54,370 bases of DNA. It comes from a virus. Taxonomy: Duplodnaviria > Caudoviricetes. The notes under the pieces are model-generated. The model did not search any database and was not told the origin of the DNA. It was given only the letters and a program-made list of their open reading frames with translations. This document shows positions 31,832 to 41,363 of the stretch, piece after piece (the first letter of the stretch is position 1; every line of letters starts with the position of its first letter). The stretch lies in IMG/VR virus record IMGVR_UViG_3300046167_000449, positions 1-54,370 of that record. The stretch is one strand, 5' to 3'. Made by a program: the position numbers and the translations under genes.

Positions 31832-32888
31832 CCTAGTCTATTTCACAGACTTAGAGAAAGATAAATCACTTAAAATTGGTATTGCCGCACTTGTAGGTAA
31901 ACTCAGTCCAAAATTAAGTTCACACAAATCTGGATGGGCATTCCATCTAGCTAATCAACTAACACATGCAGGCTACACAGACGTGCAAGTCATTACAGAC
32001 ACAGAGACCGATTGGTCTACATTTGATGTAATGTTACTTGAGCACGGTATGGAGTTTAAGGGTAATTTTAATATCTTTGGTGGAGCGAACGATGACTTGT
32101 ACCAACAAATCACTAGAATGTTCGCTCAAGGTGTCAAGCTATATTCGCTTCACCACGATATGCCCTGTGTAGGAACTCTAATTGAAAAGAGATTAAAAAC
32201 AGGTTCAGAGCTATTTAAAACTCTAGAATCTAGAATCGATGAGGCTAAGAAAATTTGTTCCCAAATCCCCCGCGTGGACAGAATAGAAAATACAAACGCG
32301 CTTTGCTTTGGTGACTCGCATTCTTTTAGTCAATATAGCCCAGGATTTCAAACAGACAGAAATGATGGTCTAACACTTTTTGGAACTTTAAGAAGAGGTA
32401 TTAGAACTTATGTCCCAGAAAATATTGAGTCATTACGTATTTATGTAGGTAATATAGATATTAGACATCACTTAATGAGACAAGACAATCCATCGAAGTC
32501 TTTAAAAATAATGATGGAAAATTACGAACAACAATTAATTGATTTAGAGATTAATGAAATAGAAGTTGTTCAAGCACTACCAATTGAGAACGAATCTAGA
32601 CCATTACCAAAAACTGGCTACTATAAAGATACTCCATTTGCTGGTACTTGGGCAGAAAGAACTGCATTAGTTAAAGAATTTAATCAATTAGTAGAAGCAA
32701 TGTGTAATAGAAATGGTTGGAAGACTTGGAAACATTCAGATGTTTTCTTAAACTCTTTTGGCGAGTTAACATTTGATGTTATGGAAAAGCCTAAGTCAGT
32801 TCATATTGCACGAGAATATTATCGTTGGGATCTAGTTAAGAACGAACCTAACACAAAATTAACTAAAGTAACACAAGCACTATTTTAA
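31815..32888 (+). CDS. Uncharacterised enzyme with SGNH/GDSL-like C-terminal domain
   Basis: FGDSHS, VGNIDIR, FN..V...C...GW and SVH motifs. Confidence 0.55.
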   Translation: METNSNLVYFTDLEKDKSLKIGIAALVGKLSPKLSSHKSGWAFHLANQLTHAGYTDVQVITDTETDWSTFDVMLLEHGMEFKGNFNIFGGANDDLYQQITRMFAQGVKLYSLHHDMPCVGTLIEKRLKTGSELFKTLESRIDEAKKICSQIPRVDRIENTNALCFGDSHSFSQYSPGFQTDRNDGLTLFGTLRRGIRTYVPENIESLRIYVGNIDIRHHLMRQDNPSKSLKIMMENYEQQLIDLEINEIEVVQALPIENESRPLPKTGYYKDTPFAGTWAERTALVKEFNQLVEAMCNRNGWKTWKHSDVFLNSFGELTFDVMEKPKSVHIAREYYRWDLVKNEPNTKLTKVTQALF

Positions 32889-32889
32889 T

Positions 32890-33081
32890 ATGGCACTAAC
32901 AGAATCTAAAATTAACGACATTAAGTTCAGCGTAGACACTGCGCATGGATCATTAAAAGCATTTGGTACTCCGGATATTTCGGACTCATTGTTAAAACAC
33001 CAATTAATGCACTTATTAAGTGCTGCAAATGAAATTAGTAAAGAGTTAAACGAAAGACAACTACTTGGAACACAAATATGA
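32890..33081 (+). CDS. Hypothetical protein
   Basis: 63-aa in-operon ORF. Confidence 0.55.
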   Translation: MALTESKINDIKFSVDTAHGSLKAFGTPDISDSLLKHQLMHLLSAANEISKELNERQLLGTQI

Positions 33082-33251
33082 AAAAATATACCATTTTAAT
33101 AACACCATTAACAAAAACCGGAGGGAGAGTAGATGCTCCATATACCATCATTATCGAATCCGATAGAATTGATTGGTCCATGGAACAGTATCAAAGAAAC
33201 AGAGATGCTTTCAACTGGGAAATCAAAGAAGTGAATGAGTACGACGTGTAA
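33078..33251 (+). CDS. Hypothetical protein, 57 aa (missing from ORF track)
   Basis: MKKYTILITP...IDWSMEQYQRNRDAFNWEI; ATGA overlap with the previous gene. Confidence 0.65.
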   Translation: MKKYTILITPLTKTGGRVDAPYTIIIESDRIDWSMEQYQRNRDAFNWEIKEVNEYDV

Positions 33252-34464
33252 AATTAAGACTACTAGATACTATGATGAGTTTATCAGGTATTATGAGTTA
33301 GCCTTAGACCAGCAGAAAAAGAGTAACCTAGGCCACATTCCACATGCCGAGTCCAAGTTGGACGATCCGCTGATGGAACATATCGAATTGTATGATGTGG
33401 TAGAAAGGAAGTATGCTGGATTTAGTCAAATCGTAAATGATGCTTTTTATGGTTGGACTGAAGCACATCCCTACTGGTCAAGAATGCAGGCCGGACTCTA
33501 TACGGATCAGCGCAAGGAAGTCGCTACCAATTGGACCGGTAAACAAGAAGTCTTTGGCCTACCAGAATGGCTCTACATATTCATCCTGCACAGAGTATGT
33601 GGATCTGCAATTAACTATGCTACCAAACCAAGTGGCTATCACAACACGCTACTATTCGACTTGTGGCAATCTGATTCTATAGAACAAATGTGTGAGCAAG
33701 TTAAGGACAGAACCACACCATTCTACACTTCAGTTGGGTATCAATTCCCAGCATTCCCAAAACCCCCGATTCCACAGCAAAACGAAGAAGTCTTTGTTGG
33801 GATGACGGGGTTTGAAGGCCCTCAGTTTACTTACAAGAGAGGTGGCGACTATTTCCTATGTGAATTTGCACCACGCTTAGCTAGAGAGATGGCAACATGG
33901 TTAGAGGCTGGTGGTAAAAGAGATCTTAGAGAAATAGGTGAATGGATGTTTCAATGGAATGCTGATAATGGCTTAAGAGCTTATAGATTCCAGTATGCAG
34001 CAGTCTTAGCAGATATTGCAGATTGGTTTCCACAGTATGTCAATAAAGAATCAATGTTTTATTATGGGACAAATGCAGTAGAATGTATTGGTTATCTTGC
34101 AGATCCTGTAGAAGGCAAAGGTAAAAAATCAGAACCATTCCTAGATGCAGTAATGACAAAGATCTATGAGCAAACAGGCTCTCTTCCGTATAACGCAGAG
34201 GATGTAGCATGTGACTTTATTAGATGGATTGAAAATTATATGAGACCAGGAAAAGATTATGCTCATATTGATTTAGATAATACATTTAATAGTTCAACAA
34301 TTATCGATCACCCTTATGGTAGACAAAGAGCTATGGTAGATTTAGGGTTGGTAGAAACATTTAACGGAATGAAACATCATCCGAGTGATGATAAAGTAAT
34401 TGCAGCTGCCGGTATTACACCAGAAGCATATAAGAAAAAAGTAAAAGAATTTTATGGCGCATAA
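33235..34464 (+). CDS. Putative amino acid:DNA transferase / aGPT-pyrophosphorylase-like helical DNA-modifying enzyme
   Basis: YDVVER...ILHR...F..A.VLAD..D...YGTNA...AEDVACDFIRW resembles the helical glycosylase-like aGPT-Pplase fold; adjacent to a PLP enzyme. Confidence 0.55.
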   Translation: MSTTCKIKTTRYYDEFIRYYELALDQQKKSNLGHIPHAESKLDDPLMEHIELYDVVERKYAGFSQIVNDAFYGWTEAHPYWSRMQAGLYTDQRKEVATNWTGKQEVFGLPEWLYIFILHRVCGSAINYATKPSGYHNTLLFDLWQSDSIEQMCEQVKDRTTPFYTSVGYQFPAFPKPPIPQQNEEVFVGMTGFEGPQFTYKRGGDYFLCEFAPRLAREMATWLEAGGKRDLREIGEWMFQWNADNGLRAYRFQYAAVLADIADWFPQYVNKESMFYYGTNAVECIGYLADPVEGKGKKSEPFLDAVMTKIYEQTGSLPYNAEDVACDFIRWIENYMRPGKDYAHIDLDNTFNSSTIIDHPYGRQRAMVDLGLVETFNGMKHHPSDDKVIAAAGITPEAYKKKVKEFYGA

Positions 34465-35350
34465 TAAACACACCGATGTATTAATGAACCAGGATCTAAA
34501 TCTAATGATGCCGAATAAACAGGCATGGTTGGATTTAGCAGGTGACTGGCAAGATCCATTCGAGGCTCCACAATTAGTAGACCATGATGGATTTAAAGTA
34601 GTCAGAGAAGATCTAATGGGATTTGGTTCTAAATGTAGATTTGGAGATATTCTAGTTAGTACTTGTAGACAAGATACTCTAGTATATGTTCAACCCAGAT
34701 ATGGATTTGCAGGTATCTCACTTGCGTATCTAGCAAAGAAGTATAATAAGAAACTTGTACTATTTAGTCCAAGTCAAAAAGAGATTTCAGACCACCAAGC
34801 TATTTGTGTTGAGATGGGAGCTGAAATGAAATTTAAAAGAATTGCAGCAATGCCAGTTTTAAATGCTCACGCTAAGAAATGGGCAGAAGATAATGGAGCA
34901 TTTTTTATTCCTTTAGGACTTCGCCATGAATTGGTTACAGCAGCCGCTGTGAAGGTCGCGCATGACCTTGCAGAGAAACATGGCTATCCAGAAGAAGTAT
35001 GGTCAGCAATATCCACTGGCGTTCTACAACGCTCTTTACAAATAGCTTGGCCTGATGCTAAGTTTAATGGAGTTGCAGTAGCAAGAAATATTAAGAAGGG
35101 TGAAAGAGGTATTGCAACTATTTGGTCACATCCAAAGGCATTTACACAAGATGTAGACCCACAATATAATCCACCATTCCCATCGGCTATGAATTACGAT
35201 GCGAAGGCTTGGGAGTTCATGACAAAGCATGGAAATCCTGGTGCCTGGTTTTGGAATGTTGGTGGAGATCCTAAACCAAAAGATATTAACACAAAATCTT
35301 TAACAAAGTCCGAAAGAGCTTGGGGCGAAATACTTGAAACAGATAAGTAA
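34454..35350 (+). CDS. Fold-type II PLP-dependent enzyme
   Basis: VVREDL...GSKCR (PLP Lys), GFAGISLA, STGVL, YDAKAW and FWNVG. Confidence 0.8.
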   Translation: MAHNKHTDVLMNQDLNLMMPNKQAWLDLAGDWQDPFEAPQLVDHDGFKVVREDLMGFGSKCRFGDILVSTCRQDTLVYVQPRYGFAGISLAYLAKKYNKKLVLFSPSQKEISDHQAICVEMGAEMKFKRIAAMPVLNAHAKKWAEDNGAFFIPLGLRHELVTAAAVKVAHDLAEKHGYPEEVWSAISTGVLQRSLQIAWPDAKFNGVAVARNIKKGERGIATIWSHPKAFTQDVDPQYNPPFPSAMNYDAKAWEFMTKHGNPGAWFWNVGGDPKPKDINTKSLTKSERAWGEILETDK

Positions 35351-35362
35351 ATCTAACTATAA
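35336..35362 (+). promoter_or_regulatory. GAAAC-N17-TATAA promoter
   Basis: Direct motif match upstream of the dUTPase and polymerase N-half. Confidence 0.65.
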
Positions 35363-35379
35363 CAATTAAATAAAAATAT

Positions 35380-35844
35380 ATGGCGAACGCAGATAACAAA
35401 TGTGCAGATTTGGAAGTCCAAGACTTTCATTCAGAAGCAGAAGACACATTGGGTCTTATTTACAACAAACAAGTAGAATTACAAAAGCGTTTAGGCTTCG
35501 ACTTTACAGGTTGGAACTTAAAGCAAATTGCAGATTTCTGGTGTGTAAATAAACACGCAATGTCAGATGAATTAAATGAAATGTTTGATGCCCTTGGAGG
35601 TATTAACGACGGTATTGCCTCAGGTGCATGGAAATACTGGAAGAGTACTAATGCTCAAGCAGCTGATATGAAGATTGAAGATCTTTCTAAAGCTGATAAA
35701 TTAGAATTATTTTATGAATGGATTGATGGATTGCATTTCTATATGAACTTTGCAATTTCTATTGGTATGACGAGTAAGGATATTGTTAACCTGTACATGG
35801 CGAAGAACGCAGAGAACCATGACCGTCAAAACCGAGGATATTAA
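35380..35844 (+). CDS. All-alpha dimeric dUTPase/dCTPase (T4 gp56-like)
   Basis: DELNEM, WKYWK, EWIDGLHF and YMAKNAENHDRQNRGY. Confidence 0.85.
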   Translation: MANADNKCADLEVQDFHSEAEDTLGLIYNKQVELQKRLGFDFTGWNLKQIADFWCVNKHAMSDELNEMFDALGGINDGIASGAWKYWKSTNAQAADMKIEDLSKADKLELFYEWIDGLHFYMNFAISIGMTSKDIVNLYMAKNAENHDRQNRGY

Positions 35845-37256
35845 TGCTATTAGATATTGAACAAAAAGAGAATGAGTTAATTGTATCTTACTTTAATAAA
35901 GAAGGTACAGTATCATTTAAACGCTATCCAGTAAAGCAGTTTCAAAATTGGGTCGTAACGAAAGATGATGACAAGTGGAGAGACCCTAATATTAAAAACT
36001 GGGATGGTAGAACCTTAAAGAAGTCTAGATCCAAGACCTTTAATAAGTTTTCATTACTTTATTTTATGGATTCACTATCACAAGAAGATAGAGATGAAAT
36101 ATATGAGTTCAATATGCCTCGCACTTATTTTGTTGATATTGAGACTGAGATTGTAGATGGTTTTCCAAAACCTGAAGAAGCCAAGTCTCGTATATTAACA
36201 TTTTCAATTATCACCCCAGAGCGAAAGGCTATCGTTCTTGGTCTAGAAGATTTGTCTGCAGAACAAATTAAAAAGATCGAAGATGATACTAATGCTCATT
36301 TTAAAACAGGTGATTATGACCAGGACTGGGAATTTAGTTATTACAAGTTCAAAGATGAGTACAATATGTTGTACACATTCTTGCACAAGTTTTTACCTAA
36401 GTTTCCTATGATGACTGGTTGGAACTTTATCAACTATGACTGGCAATACATTGTCAATAGATGTAAAAGACTACAAATCGATTTAACCGATGTTGCTATC
36501 ACTGGCTCATTAGATAAAAAAGATTCTAGACCTTTACACATGGGTATTTTAGACTACATGCAATTGTACGATAAATATGATAGATCTGGACACGTAAAAG
36601 AATCAAACGCATTAGCATTTGTATCTGGCGCAGTCTTAGATGGTATAAGTAAGATTAATTATAGTGGTTCGTTACAAGACTTATATGAAAATGATTTTCA
36701 AAAATATGTTTTCTATAATGTAATTGACTCGGTATTGGTTTACTATATAGATCAAAAGCTAAGATCTATGGAAGTCCTGCTAACATTAGCAACCATTACT
36801 AAAATGCCACTATATAAAGCTGCCTCACCGGTGGCTATTACTGAATCTCTAATCGCTCGTAAATTAGCCGAACAAGATAAACGTATCGGTACTGAGTGGG
36901 ACAGAGAAGATGGTAAAAAAGATGCAAAGTATGCCGGAGCCTTTGTTAAAGAACCTATAACCGGATATTATAGTGGAGTAAGTGCATTTGACTTTGCATC
37001 ACTATATCCATCCGTAATGAGGCAATTTAATATTTCACCGGATTCGTTCATCGAAATTGTTCCTGAAGCAGAAGTCAAGGAACGTAGAAAAGACCAAGAT
37101 GTTATAGTTTGTCAGAATGGAGTTGTTTATTCAAAAGAAGAAAGCGTTCTTAAAAAAATCTTAGGAGATTTATATGCTCAAAGAAAAGATTACAAGAAAA
37201 CTTCTTATGATTATTACACAAAAGCTGACGAACTACAAAAAAAATTTAGTCTTTAA
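35844..37256 (+). CDS. gp43A: DNA polymerase B, N-terminal subunit (exonuclease plus motif A)
   Basis: DIETE, GWNFINYD, YNVIDS, YAGAFVKEP and FDFASLYPS; ends shortly after RKDYKK. Confidence 0.92.
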   Translation: MLLDIEQKENELIVSYFNKEGTVSFKRYPVKQFQNWVVTKDDDKWRDPNIKNWDGRTLKKSRSKTFNKFSLLYFMDSLSQEDRDEIYEFNMPRTYFVDIETEIVDGFPKPEEAKSRILTFSIITPERKAIVLGLEDLSAEQIKKIEDDTNAHFKTGDYDQDWEFSYYKFKDEYNMLYTFLHKFLPKFPMMTGWNFINYDWQYIVNRCKRLQIDLTDVAITGSLDKKDSRPLHMGILDYMQLYDKYDRSGHVKESNALAFVSGAVLDGISKINYSGSLQDLYENDFQKYVFYNVIDSVLVYYIDQKLRSMEVLLTLATITKMPLYKAASPVAITESLIARKLAEQDKRIGTEWDREDGKKDAKYAGAFVKEPITGYYSGVSAFDFASLYPSVMRQFNISPDSFIEIVPEAEVKERRKDQDVIVCQNGVVYSKEESVLKKILGDLYAQRKDYKKTSYDYYTKADELQKKFSL

Positions 37257-37281
37257 ATAAGAAGTTTATTAGCACTTGCGG

Positions 37282-37289
37282 GATATATA
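37282..37289 (+). promoter_or_regulatory. Late promoter GATATATA
   Basis: Motif match in the intergenic region after gp43A. Confidence 0.5.
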
Positions 37290-37333
37290 AATCACTAGCA
37301 GCGCTGCTAATAATTCATATTAAAGATTAGATT

Positions 37334-37360
37334 AAGAGAGGTCTCAACAAGACCTTTTTT
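37334..37360 (+). terminator. Intrinsic terminator
   Basis: AGAGGTCT-caaca-AGACCTTT hairpin with T run. Confidence 0.7.
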
Positions 37361-37413
37361 GGCCTTTATTATTTTAAAACTTAAATAACTAAAAAAAACA
37401 ACTTATTAGCAAT

Positions 37414-38418
37414 ATGTCATCATTATTTACTGAAAGAATTCCCTTTAAGCCTTTTGAATATCCAGAATACTATACAGAAGGTTGGTTAAAACAAGCACAA
37501 GCCTTTTGGCTACATACAGAAATTTCAATGCAAGGTGATGTAAAGGATTGGAATGAAAATCTTTTACCACACGAAAAACATTTAGTAGGAAACATCCTCC
37601 TAGGATTTGCACAAACAGAATGTGCAGTATCTGATTATTGGACAACGATGGTGACGAAATGGTTTCCTAAACACGAAATCAAACAAATGGCTATGATGTT
37701 TGGTTCACAAGAGACAATACACGCAACAGCTTATTCATACTTAAATGAAACTTTAGGTTTAGAAGACTTCGAAGCATTTTTACATGAACCTACAATGGCT
37801 GATAAATTTGACTTATTAACTTCAACTTCTGCAGATTATACACATGAAGACCTAGCAGAAAATGCTACCGCAAGAAAAGAGGTTGCAAGATCTTTAGCAA
37901 TTTTTTCTGCTTTTGCAGAAGGAGTTAGCCTCTACAGTTCTTTTGCAGTTTTATACTCTTTCCAAATGAGAAATTTATTGAAAGGTATTGGTCAACAAAT
38001 GAAATGGTCAGTAAGAGACGAGTCTCTACATTCTAGAATGGGATGTCAATTATTTAAACACATGTGTCAGGAATATCCTGAACTGAAACAAGAGGTTTAT
38101 GCTGACGTATTACAAGCAGCAGACTTAATGCGCCAAATGGAGCATAAGTTTATTGATAAAATATTTGAGCAAGGCGATTTAGATAATTTAAAAGCTCAAG
38201 ATTTAAAAGAATTTATTAACAAGAGAACTAATGAGAAATTAGTTGAATTAGGATACGAATCTGAATTCGAGTTTAATGAAGAACAAGCAGGAGAATTAGA
38301 CTGGTTCTATCATTTAACAGGTGGACATACTCACACAGATTTTTTCGCAGTTAGACCAACTGACTACGCAAAAGCTGGTGAAGGTGAAAACTGGGACGAA
38401 GACGATTTATTTGATTAA
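37414..38418 (+). CDS. nrdB: Ribonucleotide reductase class Ia beta subunit
   Basis: QETIHATAY, AEGVSLYSSF, RDESLH and TDFF. Confidence 0.95.
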   Translation: MSSLFTERIPFKPFEYPEYYTEGWLKQAQAFWLHTEISMQGDVKDWNENLLPHEKHLVGNILLGFAQTECAVSDYWTTMVTKWFPKHEIKQMAMMFGSQETIHATAYSYLNETLGLEDFEAFLHEPTMADKFDLLTSTSADYTHEDLAENATARKEVARSLAIFSAFAEGVSLYSSFAVLYSFQMRNLLKGIGQQMKWSVRDESLHSRMGCQLFKHMCQEYPELKQEVYADVLQAADLMRQMEHKFIDKIFEQGDLDNLKAQDLKEFINKRTNEKLVELGYESEFEFNEEQAGELDWFYHLTGGHTHTDFFAVRPTDYAKAGEGENWDEDDLFD

Positions 38419-38426
38419 ATATTAAT

Positions 38427-40252
38427 ATGAAAGACAATAATAAAACAGTAAACCACGCAGAATACTTAGGCTGGAAATTAGGAGTTGATTTTCCAGAATG
38501 GGCAAACACTGAGGTTTATATTAAAACAATATCAGCAGGTTACTTATTTAATGGTGAAAAACCAAAAGACGCATATTGGAGAGTTTCGACTACAGTAGCA
38601 AGACGTTTAGGTAAACCTGAAATGGCAAGCAAATTTTTTGATTATATATGGAAAGGCTGGTTAAACCTAGCCTCTCCAGTTTTATCTAATACAGGATTAG
38701 AAAGAGGTCTACCTATTTCTTGTTTTGGTATCGATGTTGCGGATTCTATCCATGACATTGGTTCTAAAAACCTGGAGATGATGCTACTCGCAAAACATGG
38801 CGGTGGAGTAGGCATTGGAGTAAATCAAATCAGACCCGCTGGAAGTAACATAGCAGGTAATGGAACAAGTGATGGTGTTGTACCGTTTTGTAAAATATAC
38901 GACAGTACAATATTGGCAACCAATCAGGGCTCTGTTCGTAGAGGAGCAGCAAGTGTTAATATTGACATTGAACACGGTGACTTCTGGGAATGGCTGGAAA
39001 TTAGAGAACCTAAAGGAGATGTTAACAGACAATCTCTTAATATGCATCAATGTGTTGTAGTACCAGATGGTTTTATGCAGAAAGTGCAAATGGGAGACCC
39101 TGAAGCGCGTAAGAGATGGATTGGTGTACTAAGAAAGAGAAAAGCAACAGGAGAACCTTATGTAATGTTTAAGGGCAATATTAATAGAGCAAACCCTGAA
39201 GCTTACAAACAAAACGGATTAAAAGTTTATATGACTAATATCTGTTCTGAAATTACGCTACACACTGATGAGTCTCACTCTTTTGTATGTTGTTTATCTT
39301 CTGTTAACTTAGCAAAATATGATGAGTGGAAGAATACAGATCTAGTTTATACAGCAACTTGGTTTCTTGATGGAGTCTTAGATGAATTTATTCAAAAGGC
39401 TAAATTTATGAGAGGCTTTGAGAATTCAGTAAGATCTGCAGAAAAAGGTAGAGCATTAGGACTTGGAGTTCTTGGATGGCATACTTATTTACAAGAAAGA
39501 GGTATTCCATTTGAAGGCTTATCAGCTCAATTTGAGACTCGCAAGATTTTTTCGCAGTTAAAGACGGAAAGTGAAAAGGCATCTAGAGATATGGCACATG
39601 AATATGGCGAACCTCTATGGTGTGTTAATACAGGAATGAGAAACACTCACCTGAGAGCCGTGGCACCAACTGTAAGCAACTCAAAACTAGCAGGTAATGT
39701 ATCTGCAGGTATTGAGCCTTGGGCTGCTAACGTGTTCACAGAACAAACAGCAAAGGGTACTTTTATTAGAAAGAATCCAGTATTAGAGCAATTCTTAAAA
39801 TTAATCAATAGAAACTCTAAGAAAACTTGGGATAAAATTTTAGAAGACGGAGGTTCTGTACAAGGACTAGACTTTATTGAAGACTATTATGTAAAACTAG
39901 CCACTTCTATTTTAGATAAAGATAATATAATTACTCTGACTAAATTTGATAATTTAGAAGAGAAAGATAAAGATCTTTAATTCCAGTAAAAGATATATTT
40001 AAAACTTTTAAAGAGATAAACCAATTAGATCTAGTTAAACAAGCAGGTGTTAGACAACAATATGTTGACCAGGCTGTAAGTTTAAACCTAGCATTCCCAA
40101 CAGAAGCAGATACTAAGTTTATTAATAAAGTACACTTAGAAGCTTTTAAAGAGGGTGTAAAGACTTTGTATTATATGCGAACTGAATCGGTGCTAAGAGG
40201 AGACATTGCAAAAGCAGCAACAGATCCAGATTGCGTTGCATGTGATGGATAA
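38427..40252 (+). CDS. nrdA: Ribonucleotide reductase class Ia alpha subunit (frameshift near 39975)
   Basis: PISCF, TNICSE, CCLSS and APTVSNS; second frame QQYVDQAVSLN...KTLYYMR...CVACDG. Confidence 0.93.
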
Positions 40253-40253
40253 A

Positions 40254-40339
40254 GGTGTGGTTTAAAGACCACGTCTTAGGACCGGGATAGTTCTCGGAAA
40301 AAGAGGGCCGGAGTTCGCTACTACCGGCCCTTACTTTTT
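40254..40339 (+). ncRNA. Three-hairpin GC-rich element after nrdA, ending in a bidirectional terminator
   Basis: Stems at 40254-40275, 40282-40297 and 40304-40331. Confidence 0.45.
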
Positions 40340-40565
40340 AAAGATTATCTCTTACTGAGTTTTTAAGTAACATTTGAGAAGTAGGAGCGATTCCAAAACT
40401 AACCCAATTGTCAGAGTTATTAAATTGTTTTCTACAGTGGTCCATGATGTCCTCGGACCAGTCTAAATGGTCTCCTGTAACATTGGTTACTGGATGCCAA
40501 ACGCTTTCCCAACCGTCATTTAAGAAGGTTACCCAAGCTTTTTCTACGTTTAAATTTAGTTTCAT
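40338..40565 (-). CDS. Hypothetical early protein
   Basis: 75-aa ORF between early promoter copy 3 and the terminator. Confidence 0.7.
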   Translation of the reverse strand: MKLNLNVEKAWVTFLNDGWESVWHPVTNVTGDHLDWSEDIMDHCRKQFNNSDNWVSFGIAPTSQMLLKNSVRDNL

Positions 40566-40571
40566 ATTGTT

Positions 40572-40641
40572 TTAATTACAGTACTAATATACGAAAAATA
40601 ATTGACATAAAAAAATCTAGAGGCAATTATTTTGCAAAAAA
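40572..40641 (-). promoter_or_regulatory. Early promoter element, copy 3
   Basis: 65/70 identity to 16551-16620. Confidence 0.8.
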
Positions 40642-40655
40642 GATGGTTTATATTT

Positions 40656-40682
40656 GGAACAAAACAAAAGATGTTACTATAA
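40656..40682 (+). promoter_or_regulatory. GGAAC-N17-TATAA promoter variant
   Basis: One mismatch to the consensus; precedes the OMP leader. Confidence 0.55.
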
Positions 40683-40838
40683 TAGCCCACAAAGAGAAAA
40701 AGAAATGAACGATTATTCGTTAACAACTACAAAGATATTAAGAAAAACCTCCGACTCCGACTCGGTGGCTAATGCTGACCAATTAATTCCTAGAGTGGAT
40801 TAGCATTTAAAACAATCAATAAACCAAATTAATTAATT

Positions 40839-41255
40839 ATGAAAAATTTTATTTTAACAATGGCACTTGCAGTATTTACTGCCTTCGGTGCAAACGCGCA
40901 AAACGCAAAAGGTGACTGGTACGTAGGTACTGGCGATATTACTAACACGGCTTGGACTGAGTTATCAATCCAACCAACAATTGGCTATGCTTTTTCTGAC
41001 AACTATATGGTTGGAATGAATTTGACACAAGCAGACTCAACAGAAGACATGGTCTTAGGTCTTGAAGGAAGATATTTCCATAAAGGCTTTTTTGGCTACG
41101 TTGCATTGAATGACTTTGATTTCGATCAAGCTCAATTAGGTGTAGGTAAAATGTTTGAGTTTCACAAAGGAGCAATGTTTGTAGACCCAAAGATCGTTTA
41201 CGATTTAGGAGCTGAAACAACTAACCTTCAAATCGGATTTGGCTTAAAGTTCTAA
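40839..41255 (+). CDS. Outer-membrane beta-barrel protein (Bacteroidota-type, about 8 strands)
   Basis: Signal peptide ending ANA-Q, alternating amphipathic strands and C-terminal BAM signal GFGLKF. Confidence 0.8.
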   Translation: MKNFILTMALAVFTAFGANAQNAKGDWYVGTGDITNTAWTELSIQPTIGYAFSDNYMVGMNLTQADSTEDMVLGLEGRYFHKGFFGYVALNDFDFDQAQLGVGKMFEFHKGAMFVDPKIVYDLGAETTNLQIGFGLKF

Positions 41256-41277
41256 GCTAATCGGATTTGGTTTTGAA

Positions 41278-41310
41278 ATACCCAGGGTTTCTAGGATCCT
41301 GGGTTTTTTA
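41278..41310 (+). terminator. Intrinsic terminator
   Basis: ACCCAGGGT...ATCCTGGGT followed by a T run. Confidence 0.75.
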
Positions 41311-41312
41311 TT

Positions 41313-41339
41313 GAAACTAACTAGTACTTTACTATATAA
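41313..41339 (+). promoter_or_regulatory. GAAAC-N17-TATAA promoter
   Basis: Direct motif match. Confidence 0.65.
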
Positions 41340-41363
41340 TTATCAAACAAAAAATATACTTAG

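Noticed and set aside
40254-40335. tRNA gene (e.g. tRNA-Sec) after nrdA
   Set aside because: No acceptor stem enclosing the hairpins, no proper T-arm geometry and no CCA end.
16551-40641. 70-bp repeats as IS ends, att sites or CRISPR repeats
   Set aside because: The copies are dispersed, there is no transposase, integrase or spacer periodicity, and each sits directly upstream of a start codon like a promoter.
40705-40803. 32-codon upstream ORF in the OMP leader
   Set aside because: It has no recognisable features and is better explained as a structured untranslated leader; it cannot be excluded without ribosome profiling.
41231-41270. 12-bp direct repeat AATCGGATTTGG around the OMP stop as a target-site duplication
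   Set aside because: Only about 16 nt lie between the copies; it looks like a local duplication with no mobile element.
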